From contig JWZX01003214.1 in the NCBI GenBank assembly GCA_001275005.1, forward strand, positions 1 to 49,115: a stretch of 49,115 nt of DNA. Direction: 5' to 3'. This document shows, piece by piece, positions 10,512-22,600 of the stretch (positions are counted from its first letter, which is position 1; each line of letters starts with the position of its first letter). This stretch comes from Chrysochromulina tobinii. Its lineage: Eukaryota. The translations under genes and the position numbers were made by a program. The notes under the pieces are model-generated. The model worked only from the letters and a program-made list of their open reading frames with translations, ran no database searches and had not been told where the DNA came from.

Positions 10512-10713
10512 GGCTGGCTGTGAGGGTCGGCTCCTCTGAAAACAATACGGTACTCGATTCTTTAAAGCCGACGGCATTTAATTGTTCGCTCACGCCGGCG
10601 CTTTCCGCGTTTCCATAGTTTCAACGGCTGCGAAGAAGACGTACAGTAGAAACTAGTCCGCGTGGCACGGTTGTCAAGGCGAGCGGCGGGCGGCGCGCCG
10701 CATCTTGCGCGAC

Positions 10714-12654
10714 ATGGGGCAACACCAACGCGGGCGCCACCTCGCGGGCATGGGGCAAGGCACGCACCAGCACGGTGGAGCGGCAGCACTTCACGCTCGG
10801 GAGCACGCACAATCCGCCGCGGCCGCCGCGGCTGCTGCTGCCGCCGGGTCATTGTTTTCTTCGAGCGACGTGGGGCGAGCGCCCCTGGCCACCGGCGCGG
10901 CCTCGTCGTCGGAGGTGATTGGGCTGGCAGAGAACAGCGATTTGGGCTCTTCGTCCTTCCTCGACCAGTTGCGTCCCAACCCAGGCGGCCGGTACATAGA
11001 GCTCGTCATGCTCAATGTTGCTCTGTGTGCGTGCTTGGTCATGTGGTGCATCGCACGGGAAGCGAGCGGCCTGGACAAGATCGGGGGCGACTCGCCCCCC
11101 GTACGCAAGGAAGCAGAGGCAGTCTACCTCCGGCTGCGCAATCGGTACCTCTCCGTGTACACCCTCGCTGTCTTTGGCGATTGGATCCAAGGCGGCTTCG
11201 CGTATGCCCTTTACGCAGCCTATGGCTACTCGCAGCGCGAGATCAGCCTGATCTTCATCGTCGGGTACGCGTCGTCGATGACGATCGGCACGTACGTATC
11301 CGCGCTCGGCGACACGGGCGGCCATCGGCGCAACTGCGTCGCCTACGGCATCCTGTACGCAGCCTCCTGCGTCCTCTGCCACTCACGCTCCCTGCCTTCG
11401 CTGCTTCTCGGGCGCGTGCTCGGTGGCGTCGCGTACTCGATCCTGTACACGTCGTTTGAGTCGTGGCTGATCGCGGAGGCCGAGGCGCGCCGTCTCCCGC
11501 GCGTGCTCCTCTCTCGCCTCTTCTCCTTCTCCACCTTTTGTAACGCGGGCTCTGCCGTTGTGGCGGGGATGGTCGGCCACCTCGTGATTGAGGTGCTGCC
11601 GTGCGCGTCACGCAATCGCTTCGCGTGTGCCTTCGACGTGGCGGTCGTCTCGCTGCTGGGCGCGTCGCTCGTGGCCGCCACGCGCTGGGGCGAACGGTAC
11701 GGCGATCAGCTGCACAGTACGGGCGAGTCCCTGCTCAAATCGTACCGCACCATTCGCGCCTCGAGGCCGCTTGTGGCGCTGGGGCTCGTGAACTCGTTCT
11801 ATGAGGCGGCGCTGTACGTGTTCGTGTTCCTGTGGACCCCAGCGCTCGAGCGGCGCTCGCGCCAGGGCGACGGCACGTCCAACATGGGGCACGGGCTCGT
11901 CTTCTCCATCTTCATGATCTCGAAGATGGCTGGCTCGCAAGCGTCGCACGTCCTCTCCGAGTACCTGTCGCCCGGGGCGAGGCTGCAGCTCGTCTTCGGC
12001 GGCTCGGCGCTCTGCCTCGCCGCTCCGGTGCTCACCGACTCGTACGAGTACACGCTGCTCGCCTTCTGCGGCTTCGAAGCGCTGCTCGGCATCTACTGGC
12101 CCACAATCGCACTGCTTCGGTGCGGCTCCATCTTGGACGCGCAGGTGAGTCTCGTTAATTGCCTCTTGATGGCCTCTTCTGATTGCCTCTGACTGCGTCG
12201 CTGATGAAGCGCCGGCTCCATCTTGGACGCGCAGCGCGCCTCGACAATGGCAGTCTTCCGCGTGCTGCTCAATTTGCTGGTCATCTTGGTGCTGCCGCTC
12301 GCGGGCGGGCTGCCCGAGGCGCTCGCCTTCTCGCTCGCGGCCGGCATGCTCTTGCTCTGCCCCGCACTGAGCGGCATCTTGCGACAGGCTGAGACGAGCA
12401 CACACGGCAAGGAGGGCCATGTGCTGGTACGTCTGATCGCCCCGAATCGCCTCTGATCGCCTCTGATCGCCTCTGACCGCCTCTACTTGCCCCTACTGAC
12501 CTCTGATCGCCTCCATCATCAGGTACGAGCCGATGATACCGACACCGAGCCCGGCACCTCGTCCGACGACTCCGAACCTATTCATGCGGAGGCGCACGAG
12601 GAGGGACTGGACCTCGCCGCCATCCCGCGCTCTCCGCTACTACCTCGCCCTTGA
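10714..12654 (+). CDS. MFSD5: MFS transporter, molybdate-anion transporter (MFSD5/DUF791) type; introns 12145-12234 and 12427-12522
   Basis: YLSVYTLAVFGDWIQGGFAYALYAAYG, LLLGRVLGGVAYSILYTSFESWL, FYEAALYVFVFLWTPAL, RASTMAVFRVLLN. Multiple TM helices. Confidence 0.88.
12145..12234 (+). mobile_element. Introner-like intron, GTGAGTCTCGTTAATTGCCT family, copy 1 (22-bp flanking duplication)
   Basis: CGGCTCCATCTTGGACGCGCAG before the donor and as the intron end. 5' cassette shared with 16269 and 28012. Confidence 0.8.
12427..12522 (+). other. Repeat-filled intron ending CATCATCAG; short GGTACG duplication
   Basis: CTG|GTACG...CAG|GTACG with CTCTGATCGC repeats. Confidence 0.8.
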
Positions 12655-13176
12655 GTTACTTCATACTACCTCGCCCTTGAGAGCCCTCTCGTCGGGAGCG
12701 CGCAGGGAACGGTCGCGACGGTCGCAGAGAGCAGACCAGAGTCGAGAGTATGCTGGAGAGTATGGAGACTTGGAGAGACCACACGACGGTGAAAGACGGT
12801 GAGTGCTGAGATCGAGGTACACGACGTGTCAGAACATCTACATTCAGCAGAACATATTGACTCCACCCGCGCGGGTTAAATGCCCTGCTTCTTTTTAACG
12901 AAACTTGCCATCTTGCAACTCTCTGAGCGATGCCCGCCGATGGCGGATCTGGTGCATTGGTCGCCCCGGCCTCGTCGTTCGAGGTAGAACGGTACAGAGT
13001 CAGACGAGACATGCCACATCATGATGGAGTACGGTCCGGTGAGACAAAACAAACTTTTCTGGACTGGCGTGACCCAAATCTATCCCTCGGAGGCCCACGC
13101 CCTCAAACACCTTATCCAAGGTTCACAGTAGGTTCACAGCCTATGGTAAGTTCGACAGGGCCTCTCGTGGCGCCCC

Positions 13177-14181
13177 ATGTGCAAGGCCATCGGGCGCCTC
13201 GTACTCCTCTCAGCTGTCCTGTACGGCACGGACGCAGGCCGGCTGAGCCTGCATGCGTCGGCTGAGCAGGGGCTGGTGGAACCGCTCAAGGTTGCGATCA
13301 AGGGGCGTTACGATGAAGAGAGGGAGGAGCAGATCAAGCCGGACATCGATGGGCAGAACAAAAAGGGACGAGTGGCACTCCATCTAGCGGCTTGCAATTG
13401 GCGAGGCGATCTTGAGCCGGTGCGCGTGCTCCTGGAGCATGGCGCCGATCCAGACGCCCGTGATCGCGATGGCCTGGCGGCGCTGCACATCCTCGCCGGT
13501 GGGTGCAATGGTGGCGGCGCGGCTGCTGGGCGCTACGGCGGAGTGGAGGTGGCGCGATTGCTGCTCAAGCACGGCGCGGACCTGAATGCGACGATAGAGG
13601 CCGACGGGCTCACGCCGCTGCACATTGCTGCGGCTGGCGGCAAGGCCTTCCGTTTGCTCGAGTGGCTCGCCAGCAAGGGTGCCCACGTGAACGCGATCGA
13701 CCCTCTGATGACCTCTGATGACCTCTGATGACCTCTGATGACCTCTGATGACCTCTGATGACCTCTGACGACATCAGGTGCCCACGTGAACGCGATGGAC
13801 CGCTCGGGGGCCACGCCCCTGCACGCAGCGGTGCGGGCCGGGTTGCCTCGCGAGGCGCGGGCACTGCTGGAGGCGGGCGCCGACCCGAGCGTCCCCGACG
13901 CCGAGGGCCGCCTCGCAGCCGATGCACTCGTTGGGCGAGACTCGACCGCCGCACTCCTTCGAGCGGATCTTGCGGATTTTGCAGCGATCCGTGCGAACTT
14001 TCTCAAGGCGAAGGCGGAGCGCGCGGCCGCCAAGGCCGCAGCCAAGGTCGCCGCCAAGGTGGGCGATAAGGCGGACGAGAAGGCTGACGAGAACGTGGGC
14101 AATAAGGCGGACGAGAAGGCTGACGAGAAGGTGGACGTGACAGTGGATGCTGCGGCGGCGGCTGAGAGGGTGGAGCTGTGA
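13177..14181 (+). CDS. Ankyrin-repeat protein with signal peptide and C-terminal RVEL; intron 13679-13777
   Basis: Ankyrin motifs GRVALHLAA, VRVLLEHGADPDARD, GLTPLHIAA, GATPLHAAV. Hydrophobic N-terminus. Confidence 0.9.
13679..13777 (+). other. Intron whose donor is a copy of the downstream exon start
   Basis: GGTGCCCACGTGAACGCGAT duplicated. (CCTCTGATGA)n filler, ending ACATCAG. Confidence 0.9.
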
Positions 14182-14648
14182 ACTCAGCAGGGTGGAGCTG
14201 TGAACTCAGTTGGGTAGCTACTCCAGTGGGGACTCTCACACCGAGAGCCACGCCGAGGCTCGCATAGCACGCAATCGATCGGACTGTGCGCGCGAAAGCA
14301 AGCGGAAGCGCCGACGTGTAGGTCGAGCGCATTCGGTAATATAGGATACGAATTACGATACAGACGTGTAGGTAGGCGAAAGTAGTAAGAAAGTAGTAGC
14401 GGTTGCGTCGGGTCGGAACCGGCGAGCCGAGTTATAATGATAGTAGGCGCGCGAGCCCGGCGACCCCGGCAAACCACTTTTAATGATATGTGTGGAGGAG
14501 CACGGTATGTATGCCGAGTTCGTGTGAGAGCTGAGACGACTCGATCGGCAACTATCGGCGAGGAACCGGCGCGCGGGCACAGATACCGGCTCAGAAAAAA
14601 AAGGAGAGAGAGCTCGCTCTCTCCTCCCGCACGCAGCCTGCTCACACC

Positions 14649-15242
14649 TCATCGCGCCGGCACGAACGTCATCGCGCCGGCGTTCATGCAGTAGCGCTTG
14701 TACGTGGGCGCTGGACCGTCTGGGAAGACGTGGCCGAGGTGCGCACCCGACTTGGCGTCGATCACCTCCGTGCGCACGCCGCCCATGGCCATCGCACGCC
14801 GCCGGTCGGCCAAGTCCTCCGGATCCGGTCGCTCGACCACCGCGCCTGGTATGGCGGCGTAGAACGATGGCCAGCCCGTGCCGCTCTCGTATTTGGTGCT
14901 GCTGTCAAAGAGTGGCGCACCAGAGATGGCACCGGCCCAGGTGCCCTTCTTCTTGTTGTCGTGAGCGTAGCCATTGGTCGTCATGCCCGTGAAGGAGCGC
15001 TCCGTTGCGGCCGACAGCGAGATGGCGCGCTGGAAGGGTGTGAGCTTCTCCTCGGCAATGCGCAACACCTCCTCTTTGCTCATCGTGCCCTCTCCGGCAT
15101 AAGCGCGCGCCGCTGGCGTCGGGAGGCAGGGCCCGAAGGAGGATGCCGCGGCGATGGCGGCGCCGTGCTTGAGCAGCGCACGGCGCGTGTTGAGGGCCGT
15201 GCTCGTGGAGAGCAGCGAGAGGAGCATCGAGAGGAACACCAT
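14649..15242 (-). CDS. msrB: Methionine-R-sulfoxide reductase B, probably plastid-targeted
   Basis: ATERSFTG, PLFDSSTKYESGTGWPSF, RTEV, HLGHVFPDGP, RYCMN. N-terminal signal peptide followed by an RR motif. Confidence 0.95.
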   Translation of the reverse strand: MVFLSMLLSLLSTSTALNTRRALLKHGAAIAAASSFGPCLPTPAARAYAGEGTMSKEEVLRIAEEKLTPFQRAISLSAATERSFTGMTTNGYAHDNKKKGTWAGAISGAPLFDSSTKYESGTGWPSFYAAIPGAVVERPDPEDLADRRRAMAMGGVRTEVIDAKSGAHLGHVFPDGPAPTYKRYCMNAGAMTFVPAR

Positions 15243-15439
15243 CCTGCCAATCAATCACAACACACCAATCATGCCTCGAGTTCACGGTCACCACCGCAGT
15301 CTGTGTAGGAGGTCGGGAGTCAGAGTGTGACCCAGAGGAACACTCTTCACAGCGGTACTTCGTGCGAACTCGGCAATGCGACCCGTCCTGTGCATCTGCG
15401 CATAAAATCACGCGGCTCTCGAGCCCCGACGGAGTGCAA

Positions 15440-17037
15440 ATGGTGGCGCCTGTTGACGCCGCTCAGAAGCATCGGCCTGACAGCTCGGCCTTCAAGCAGC
15501 AGAAGCTCAAGGTATGGCGTCCGATCCTCACGCCTAAAAAGGTCGTGATGCTCTTCTCCGGGCTGGGCCTCATCTTTCTTCCCATCGGCATCGCGATCAT
15601 CGTAGCGTCGAACCAGGTGCGGCCCGCGTCTGCAGCCGCCCTATCCGTCGCGGCCATGGTCGCAGACGCTGTGCTGCTTCCGATGCTCCCGCTGCCCTTC
15701 TCTGCATGCCTGCTGCACATGCTGGCTCGCTGCCGCCGCCGCCGCCACCCGCCGCCATCGCCTCTCCCGCTGCACAGGGCGGCCTGTAGCCTCGGCGGCC
15801 GTGCACACGCCCTATCACGCACGCGCGCCCCGACCCTCGTGGGCGCAGGTCGCGGTGGCGGAGACAGCGGACTACGGTCGCGATGCGTCGTCAAACTCGA
15901 CGCCGCGCGGCGGCAGCGGCTGCTGCATCGCCAACTGCAACGGCAACTCGTGGGATCGCATCGAGCTCAACCCGTGCTACATCACGCTCACCATCGAAGA
16001 GACGATGACGCCTCCCATCTTCATGTACTACCAGCTCGCCAACTTTTACCAGAACCACCGGCGCTACGTGCGCTCACGTAGCGACACGCAGCTCGTGGGT
16101 GATACGACCCACCTGGCGGCCGATTTGAAGGAGGATTGCATGTACCACTACAGCGCGTCATGGGACGGCGGCGCGCCCATCAACCCGTGCGGTCTCATCT
16201 CGTGGTCCTGGTTCAACGACACATTTGCCCTGATGCGCCCCGACGGCACGCCAGTGACCCTCGAGCAGGTGAGTCTCGTTAATTGCCTCTTGATTACCTC
16301 TGCTGATTGCCTCTGATTGCCTCTGATTGCCTCTGATTGCACGCCGGTGACCCTCGAGCAGGACGCTATCGCTTGGCAGTCCGACCTGGACACCAACTTC
16401 CGCAACAGCGTCGACGGCTCCTCGGGCCGAAACTTTCCGATGCTTGCCTACTGGCGCAACATCAGCTGCGAGGCCGACCCGACACCGGGCACTGGGCTCG
16501 CCCCGCGCACTCCCGCACAGCGCGCCGCGTGCGTGAGTGCCAACGCCGCCACCCCCGGCGTGGGGTGGTGCTTCCGCGGATCGGGCTTCTGCACCGAGGA
16601 TCAGCACTTTGTCGTGTGGATGCGCTCCGCGGGCCTGCCCCAGCTTCCGCAAGCTCTACGCGCGCATCAACGAGCCGCTGCCCGCCGGCACCTACACGGT
16701 GCGCGTCTCGAACGGTGTGCCCACCAACACAGGCAACGTGACGGACATTAACGTCCTCGGCCCGCACTACAACTGGGGCTACCCGCTCGACAACCCGACG
16801 CCGAAGGTGCAGCGCTTCCTGTACCCAGTCGGCTCGTTCAGCGGGCACAAGACCGTGGTGCTCACGACCATCTCGTGGATAGGCGGCCGCAACTTTTTCC
16901 TTGGGTACGCGTACCTCGTCGTCGGCATCGTGTGCATCGTGCTCGCGATGACCTTCTTCATCAAGTGGCGCTTGTCGCCCCGCGATCTGGGCACCGCGGC
17001 CTACGTCACCTACAACATGGATGCGCCGCCCAAGTGA
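15440..17037 (+). CDS. CDC50: CDC50/LEM3 flippase beta subunit; introns 15617-15848 and 16269-16361; +1 frameshift at C4 16638-16641
   Basis: FKQQKLKVWRPILTP, YYQLANFYQNHRRYVRSRS, PCGLISWSWFNDTF, FVVWMRSAGLP/SFRKLY, SWIGGRNFFLGYAYLVVG. Confidence 0.93.
16269..16361 (+). mobile_element. Introner-like intron, GTGAGTCTCGTTAATTGCCT family, copy 2 (23-bp flanking duplication)
   Basis: GCACGCC(A/G)GTGACCCTCGAGCAG duplicated. ATTGCCTCTG filler. Confidence 0.8.
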
Positions 17038-17619
17038 GGTGCTCGCTCCCTCGACAGCGCCCCTCCATGGCGAGATGCCGCGCGCGACGTGCGTCCACTA
17101 CCCTCTGACACAGCACGCCTCCTCGCTGCGAGCTCCACTGGACCTCACTGGCTGGCTTTGCTCCTCAAACTGCTTGGATCTACCATTGTGTTGCATGCAT
17201 GTGCCATTGTTTACGCATAAATTAAATGATGAGGGCGGTTCGTAGTCCGGTCCAAGCCACGGCGTTTCGGGGACTCAGTGGAGCGTCCCCGCGCGGTAGC
17301 AAGGATACCGTTCGGCCGCGACCGCGCCGGAGCGACCCGCCCGCGAGCTCCGCGGGCCGGGGGCGCCGCGGCCCCCCGCACGGCGCAGGGCAGGTGGAGG
17401 TGCCCAGGTGGGTCCAGGTGCGTCAGGTCACACGGGTGCGAGCGCCCCGCGACGGGAGTCCCGCGCCGCCCCGGCCGGGCAACGCGACGGCCCGACGGAA
17501 CTCGACCAACTGTAATTACGCTAGCCGGTAGATATAACGTGGGGCGATCCGCGGTCCGAGTCAAGTCTAGCTATATAGCACTACCGTATCGTACGACGAT
17601 CGACGTGTCGCGTAGAGCT

Positions 17620-17770
17620 CTCCTCTCCGAGCGCTCCTCTCCGAGATCTCCTCCGAGATCTCCTCTCCGAGCGCTCCCCTCCGAGATCTCCTCCGAGATC
17701 TCCTCTCCGAGATCTCCTCTCCGAGATCTCCTCTCCGAGATCTCCTCTCCGAGATCTCCTCTCCGAGCTC
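17620..17770. repeat. Minisatellite of about 14-nt units (CCGAGATCTCCTCT)
   Basis: About 11 degenerate tandem units downstream of the kinase stop codon. Confidence 0.9.
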
Positions 17771-17840
17771 TCGGAGAACAGTCACCAGGTACCTCGGTCA
17801 GCTGTCAGCCCCGCGGTAGCGGATCACCTTCACATCGGAT

Positions 17841-19633
17841 TCACATCGGTGATCCACTAGCAGGAGGCTCCCCTTGCGGCGGCGTCTGCCCCTTGGGATG
17901 GAAGCCAGATTGCCGGTCGAAGCCATTCAAGCTGTAGACCGTCTTTCGTCGCTGGCCTGGCGGCGAGGGCACAAAGAGGGGCGCAGTGGTGCGGGGGACG
18001 ATGGCCGGGTTACCCTGAGGGATGTCCCCATCCGCCTCGGCCGCCGCGGAACGATTGGAAGCACTCGGATCGCTCATCGTGGCGGGCGACGTGGCGGGCG
18101 GCGCTTCAGCCACCGGGACGGCGGCGCTGTGCGGAGGAGGGGCAGGTGCACTGGCAGGTGCACTGGGTGCCTTGGCGGCGGCTTCATCTGGGGTATGGAC
18201 GCCGGGGTGAGCACTTGCATGCAGCCAGATGGGTGCCTTGGCGGCGGCTTCATCTGGGAGCTCTTCATCTGGGAGCTGGGGGTGCAATTGAGTGCCTCTC
18301 TGAGTGTCGCCGATCTTGGCCTTGGCGGTCGCTTCGCCCGCGAGCTCGAGGTTTCGTTGGAGGAGGGACGCGAGGTTGTTGAACGAAAAGTGCATGAAGT
18401 CCTTGTCCTGCTCACCACCTCGCTCAAGGGATCTGCCGCCAAAGCTCTCGTCCGCGAGCGAGGACCCCTGCCCATCTGGTTCACAGGACCCCTGCCCAAA
18501 GGAGTCGTCGTCCGCGAACGAGCCCTGGCCGAAGCTCACCTCCTTGTGAACGCGCGGGAGCTCCGTTTCGTCACCGTGTGGAAGGAAGCTGTGAACGCGC
18601 GGGAGCTCCGTTTCGTCACCGTGTGGAAGGAAGCTGTGAACGCGCGGTAGCTCAATTTCGTCACCGTGTGCAAGGAAGCCGCCTCTGCGACCGCCAGTAC
18701 CGGTAAGGCGTGCGCTGTTGAGGCTGACGGCGAGGCTGTTGTCGCCGCTGGCGCTCGTGCCATCCTCCTGTGAACCACCCTCCTGTGAACCAAAGCGCAC
18801 TGGCGCACAGCCAGCGGCGTCGGCTTGGGAGCCGACTCGTCTGCTATCGCCGGCGCCGCCGCTGCCACCGCCCGCACCAGCAGCAGCACCACCACCAGCA
18901 CCACCAGCACCACCACCAGAACTGCCAGCGGCTCCGCGTCCATCGGCGACATGGCTGCCAGCCCCGGGTACGCACGCACCACCCGCACCGGCGCCGTCCG
19001 CACTGCCTTCACCGCCGCCCCCGCCCCCGCCGCCGCCCCCGCCCCCGCCGCCGCCGTTGGCGCGCGCCACCCCATGGTGCTCGACTTCGGCACCCCCGAG
19101 CATCGCCCGCCCATGGTGCCAGCCCGCCGAGCCGAGGCTGCCCGTGGGCGACAAGATCTGGGAGAGCTGCGTGGGCGAGCGCTGCTCGGGCGGCACGAAG
19201 TAGCTCGTGTCATAGGCATCGTCCACGTGGGGTACGAAAGCGATCGAGCCTTCTCGTCGGCGCGTCGCGTCCCAATGGACCTGTGTGAAGAACGGGTGGC
19301 GCTCGACTTCGGAAAAGGCACCAGAGCCGAGCCGTTGGGTCGCCACAGGCTCGAGGAGCCGACGGAGCAGCGCGACGGCGTTCGGCGACAGGTGCTCCTC
19401 CTGCTCGGGCCACCGGATTGCATCTGCGTGCGTGTGGTTGAGCACGTTCTCAAAGACCTCCTCCACGGAGTCGCCCGTAAACGGCGGGTAGCCCGTCAGC
19501 AGCTCAAACGTGACGCAGCCGAGGGCCCACCAGTCGACCGCCGGCCCGTGCCGCTCGCCGAGGAGGAGCTCGGGCGCCATGTAGTCGGGGGTCCCTACTT
19601 TGGCCAAGCAGCTCGTCCGTCGGCGCGGGCGTC

Positions 19634-19671
<38 letters not shown>

Positions 19672-22600
19672 GGTGCTGGGCGTTGTCGCGAGCGGTGGCG
19701 GAGGCTTAGCGTCGTGGCTGGGGGTGTGAACGGGAGTGTGAATAGCGTCGAGGCGGGGGGTGAGCGGCGGCACGCGTGCGTCGTCTGTCGCGAGGCCGAA
19801 GACAGAGAGCCCAAAGTCAGTGAGCTTGATGTGGCCGTCTTGATGGATCAGCACGTTATCGGGCTTGATGTCGCGATGGACTACCCGGAGGGTCGAGTGC
19901 AGGTACTCAAGCGCGAGCGCGATCTCGGCCACGTACCTGATGAGGGAGGTCATCAGTGGTCATCCGAGGTCATCAGTGGTCATCAGTGGTCATCAGTGGT
20001 CATCAGTGGTCATCAGTGGTCATCCGAGGTCGTCCGAGGTCATCCGAGGTCATCAGTGGTCATCAGTGATCATCAGTAGTCATCAGAGGTCATCAGAGGT
20101 CATCCGAGGTCGTCCGAGGTCATCAGTGGTCATCAGTGGTCATCCGAGCCACATACTGGCGCGCATGCGACTCGTCCAAGAAGCCGACCGCCTTAAGGAG
20201 CGAGAGCAGGTCGCCACCGTTGACGAATTCCATCACCAAATATAGATGCTCGCGCGACGCGAAGGAGTAGTAGAGCTTGACGACATACGGATGCTCGGCG
20301 GTCGCGAGGATGTCACGCTCCGCCTTGATTCGGTGCACCTGGTTCTTTCGGCGCATGTCCGTCTTACGCAACACTTTGATGGCGTACCTGTGGGGACGCG
20401 GGGCGCCGTGGTGAGCGTGTGCATGCAAGTCAAACTTGTGCAGGCGTCGGGGCGCCGTGGTGAGCGTGTGTGCATGCATGTCACGCTTGTGCAGGCGTCG
20501 GCGTAGATCGCGTACAGGTCTCGCGTGGTCTTCATCGCCGCGAGGACCACATGACCATACGCGCCGCGGGAGATGGGCTTGAGGATCTCGAAGGACGAGA
20601 TGTTGTGCGACTTGGGGCGGCTGCGCTGCCGGCGCGCGCTGGCCGTCGACGAGACGCTGCTAGGGATGAGGATGCTGTGAACACCTCCGGAGGCTGTGAA
20701 CTGGCCCACCTCCGTCGACGAGACGCTGCTAGGGATGAGCACCGCCACCTCCGTCTCCGGCAGGGGGAAAGGCGGCAGGGGGGATGGCGGCAGAGGGGAT
20801 GGCGGCAGTGCAGCGGGCAGCGGCTCAGCCGGCGCTTTGGCCAGCGAGTCCGCCTGAGGCATCGGGTCCATCGGCAGCGCCGTCGCGGGCGCCGTCGCGG
20901 TCGGCGTCGTCCGCCGCATCGAAAGTTGCCATGCTGCTGCCGGATTCGATCCCCGACGCGCCGTCGTTCCTGCTTGCGGCCGCCTCGTGCCGCTCGATCT
21001 CGTGCCGCTCGAGATCGGGAGATCGCTCGAGATCGGAAGGAGCAGCGGCGAGCGCGGGCTACTGTCCAGCTCGCGCTCGACACAGCGCGCGCACGGGCTA
21101 CTGTCGCCCGCGCTGTCGTGAGCGCTCTCGCGCGGCGCGGCGGTGCCGATCTCGCCGATCTCGCCCGCGCTGTCGTGAGCGCTCCGCGTGAGCGAGAGGG
21201 GCAGGGCACTGAGTGGTTCGGTCATCACGTGCCGCGGCGGCGAGGCACCGCGTGGCTCGGCCATCATCGGCGCGGCGATCAGCCTGATCGAGGTTGGCAA
21301 GTTGCAGGCTCGAAGTTCCAAATCGGGCGATGCGCCCGTCACGGCGCCGATGTGCTCGACACGGCGCTCGACCACAGGCGGCTCGGCAGGCGGCGCCGGC
21401 GCCGTGACAGGCGCCACGGTGGCGGCGGGCGGTGGCGGCGGGGCGTCGTCGTGGGCATGAGCGTCCTCGTGGGCGTGGGCGTCGTCTTGGGCGTCCGCGA
21501 GGAAGGGTGCGACGTGCGAGAGCATGCGGATGAGCTGTCGCGCGTACGAAGCGGTCGTGCCGTCGGCAAGGCGCTGCGAGGCGCTGAGCAGCTCCCGCGC
21601 GTACGCGAGCATGCGCGAGCACGTCGTGGGCGAGGTGGTCAGGTGGGCATGCGCGCACACGCCTTCGAGGGCGGCGAGGATGGGCGCCGTGTCGGGCACC
21701 CCAATGGGCGCCGTGTCGGGCGGCGGGTGGGCGGCCGTTGTGGTTTCGGCCGAGCGGAGCGCCGAGCTGAGCGCCTGATCTCGGCGCTTAATCTCGGACG
21801 AGATGTGCCTGCGCAGCCTCTTGAGCGAGTGCTCGACGTGGAAGACGACCACGTCGGTCATGCAGAGCTTGGAGTGCTCGGCCATCAAAGCGATCTCGAC
21901 CGTGCACTCGCAGATGCGGCAGAGCAGCTTGGGCCGCGGCGGCGGCGGCAGCGACGAGCAGGGCGAGGGGCATAGGGGGCGGGGGGCACAGGGGCGGGGG
22001 GTACAGGGGCGGGAGCATGGACGTCGAGCCGAGCGACGAGGGCGCCGTCGTGAGCGACGAGGGCGCCGTCGTGAGCGAAGCGGGCGCCGTCGTGAGCAGT
22101 GCCGTCGCCTCGGCCGCCTCGGCCGCGACCGTTGTACTCCGCTCCACGGGCACAGAGAGCGCCGTGTCGGGCGTAGAGAGCGCCGTGTCGGGCACAGAGA
22201 GCGTCGTGTCGGGCACAGAGAGCGCGCCGACCGACGCGAAGGCGCCGTGCCGGGCACCCTCGGCGCAAAAAGCATGCGGCCCACGCGCGGCGGTCTCGTC
22301 ATCGGGGTTCGTCAGCGTCGAGGCGAGGGGTCGAGATCGATCGAGATCAGAGCCCGGGAGGGATGGATCGCCGGCGTGCGCGCCGTCGTGAGCGCCGACT
22401 TGCACGCCGTCGTGGCGGCTGTGAATGTGAATGTGCGGCGTGCCGTCCTGTGAACTGCTCGCCTGTGAACCACTCGCCTGTGAACGGCTCTCCGCCGCCA
22501 CGGTCGCTTCCCTATGCGACTGATGCACCTGTGAACCAGATGGGGCGCCGTGTCGGGCAGCGGCGGGCGCGCCCGCGAGCTTGGTGCTCATCACGGCGCC

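Noticed and set aside
14649..14700. Selenocysteine MsrB
   Set aside because: The catalytic codon is TGC (RYCMN), with no in-frame TGA.
738..21979. Programmed +1 ribosomal frameshifting
   Set aside because: No shared slippery motif or adjacent stop codon. All sites are simple homopolymer runs, typical of sequencing error.
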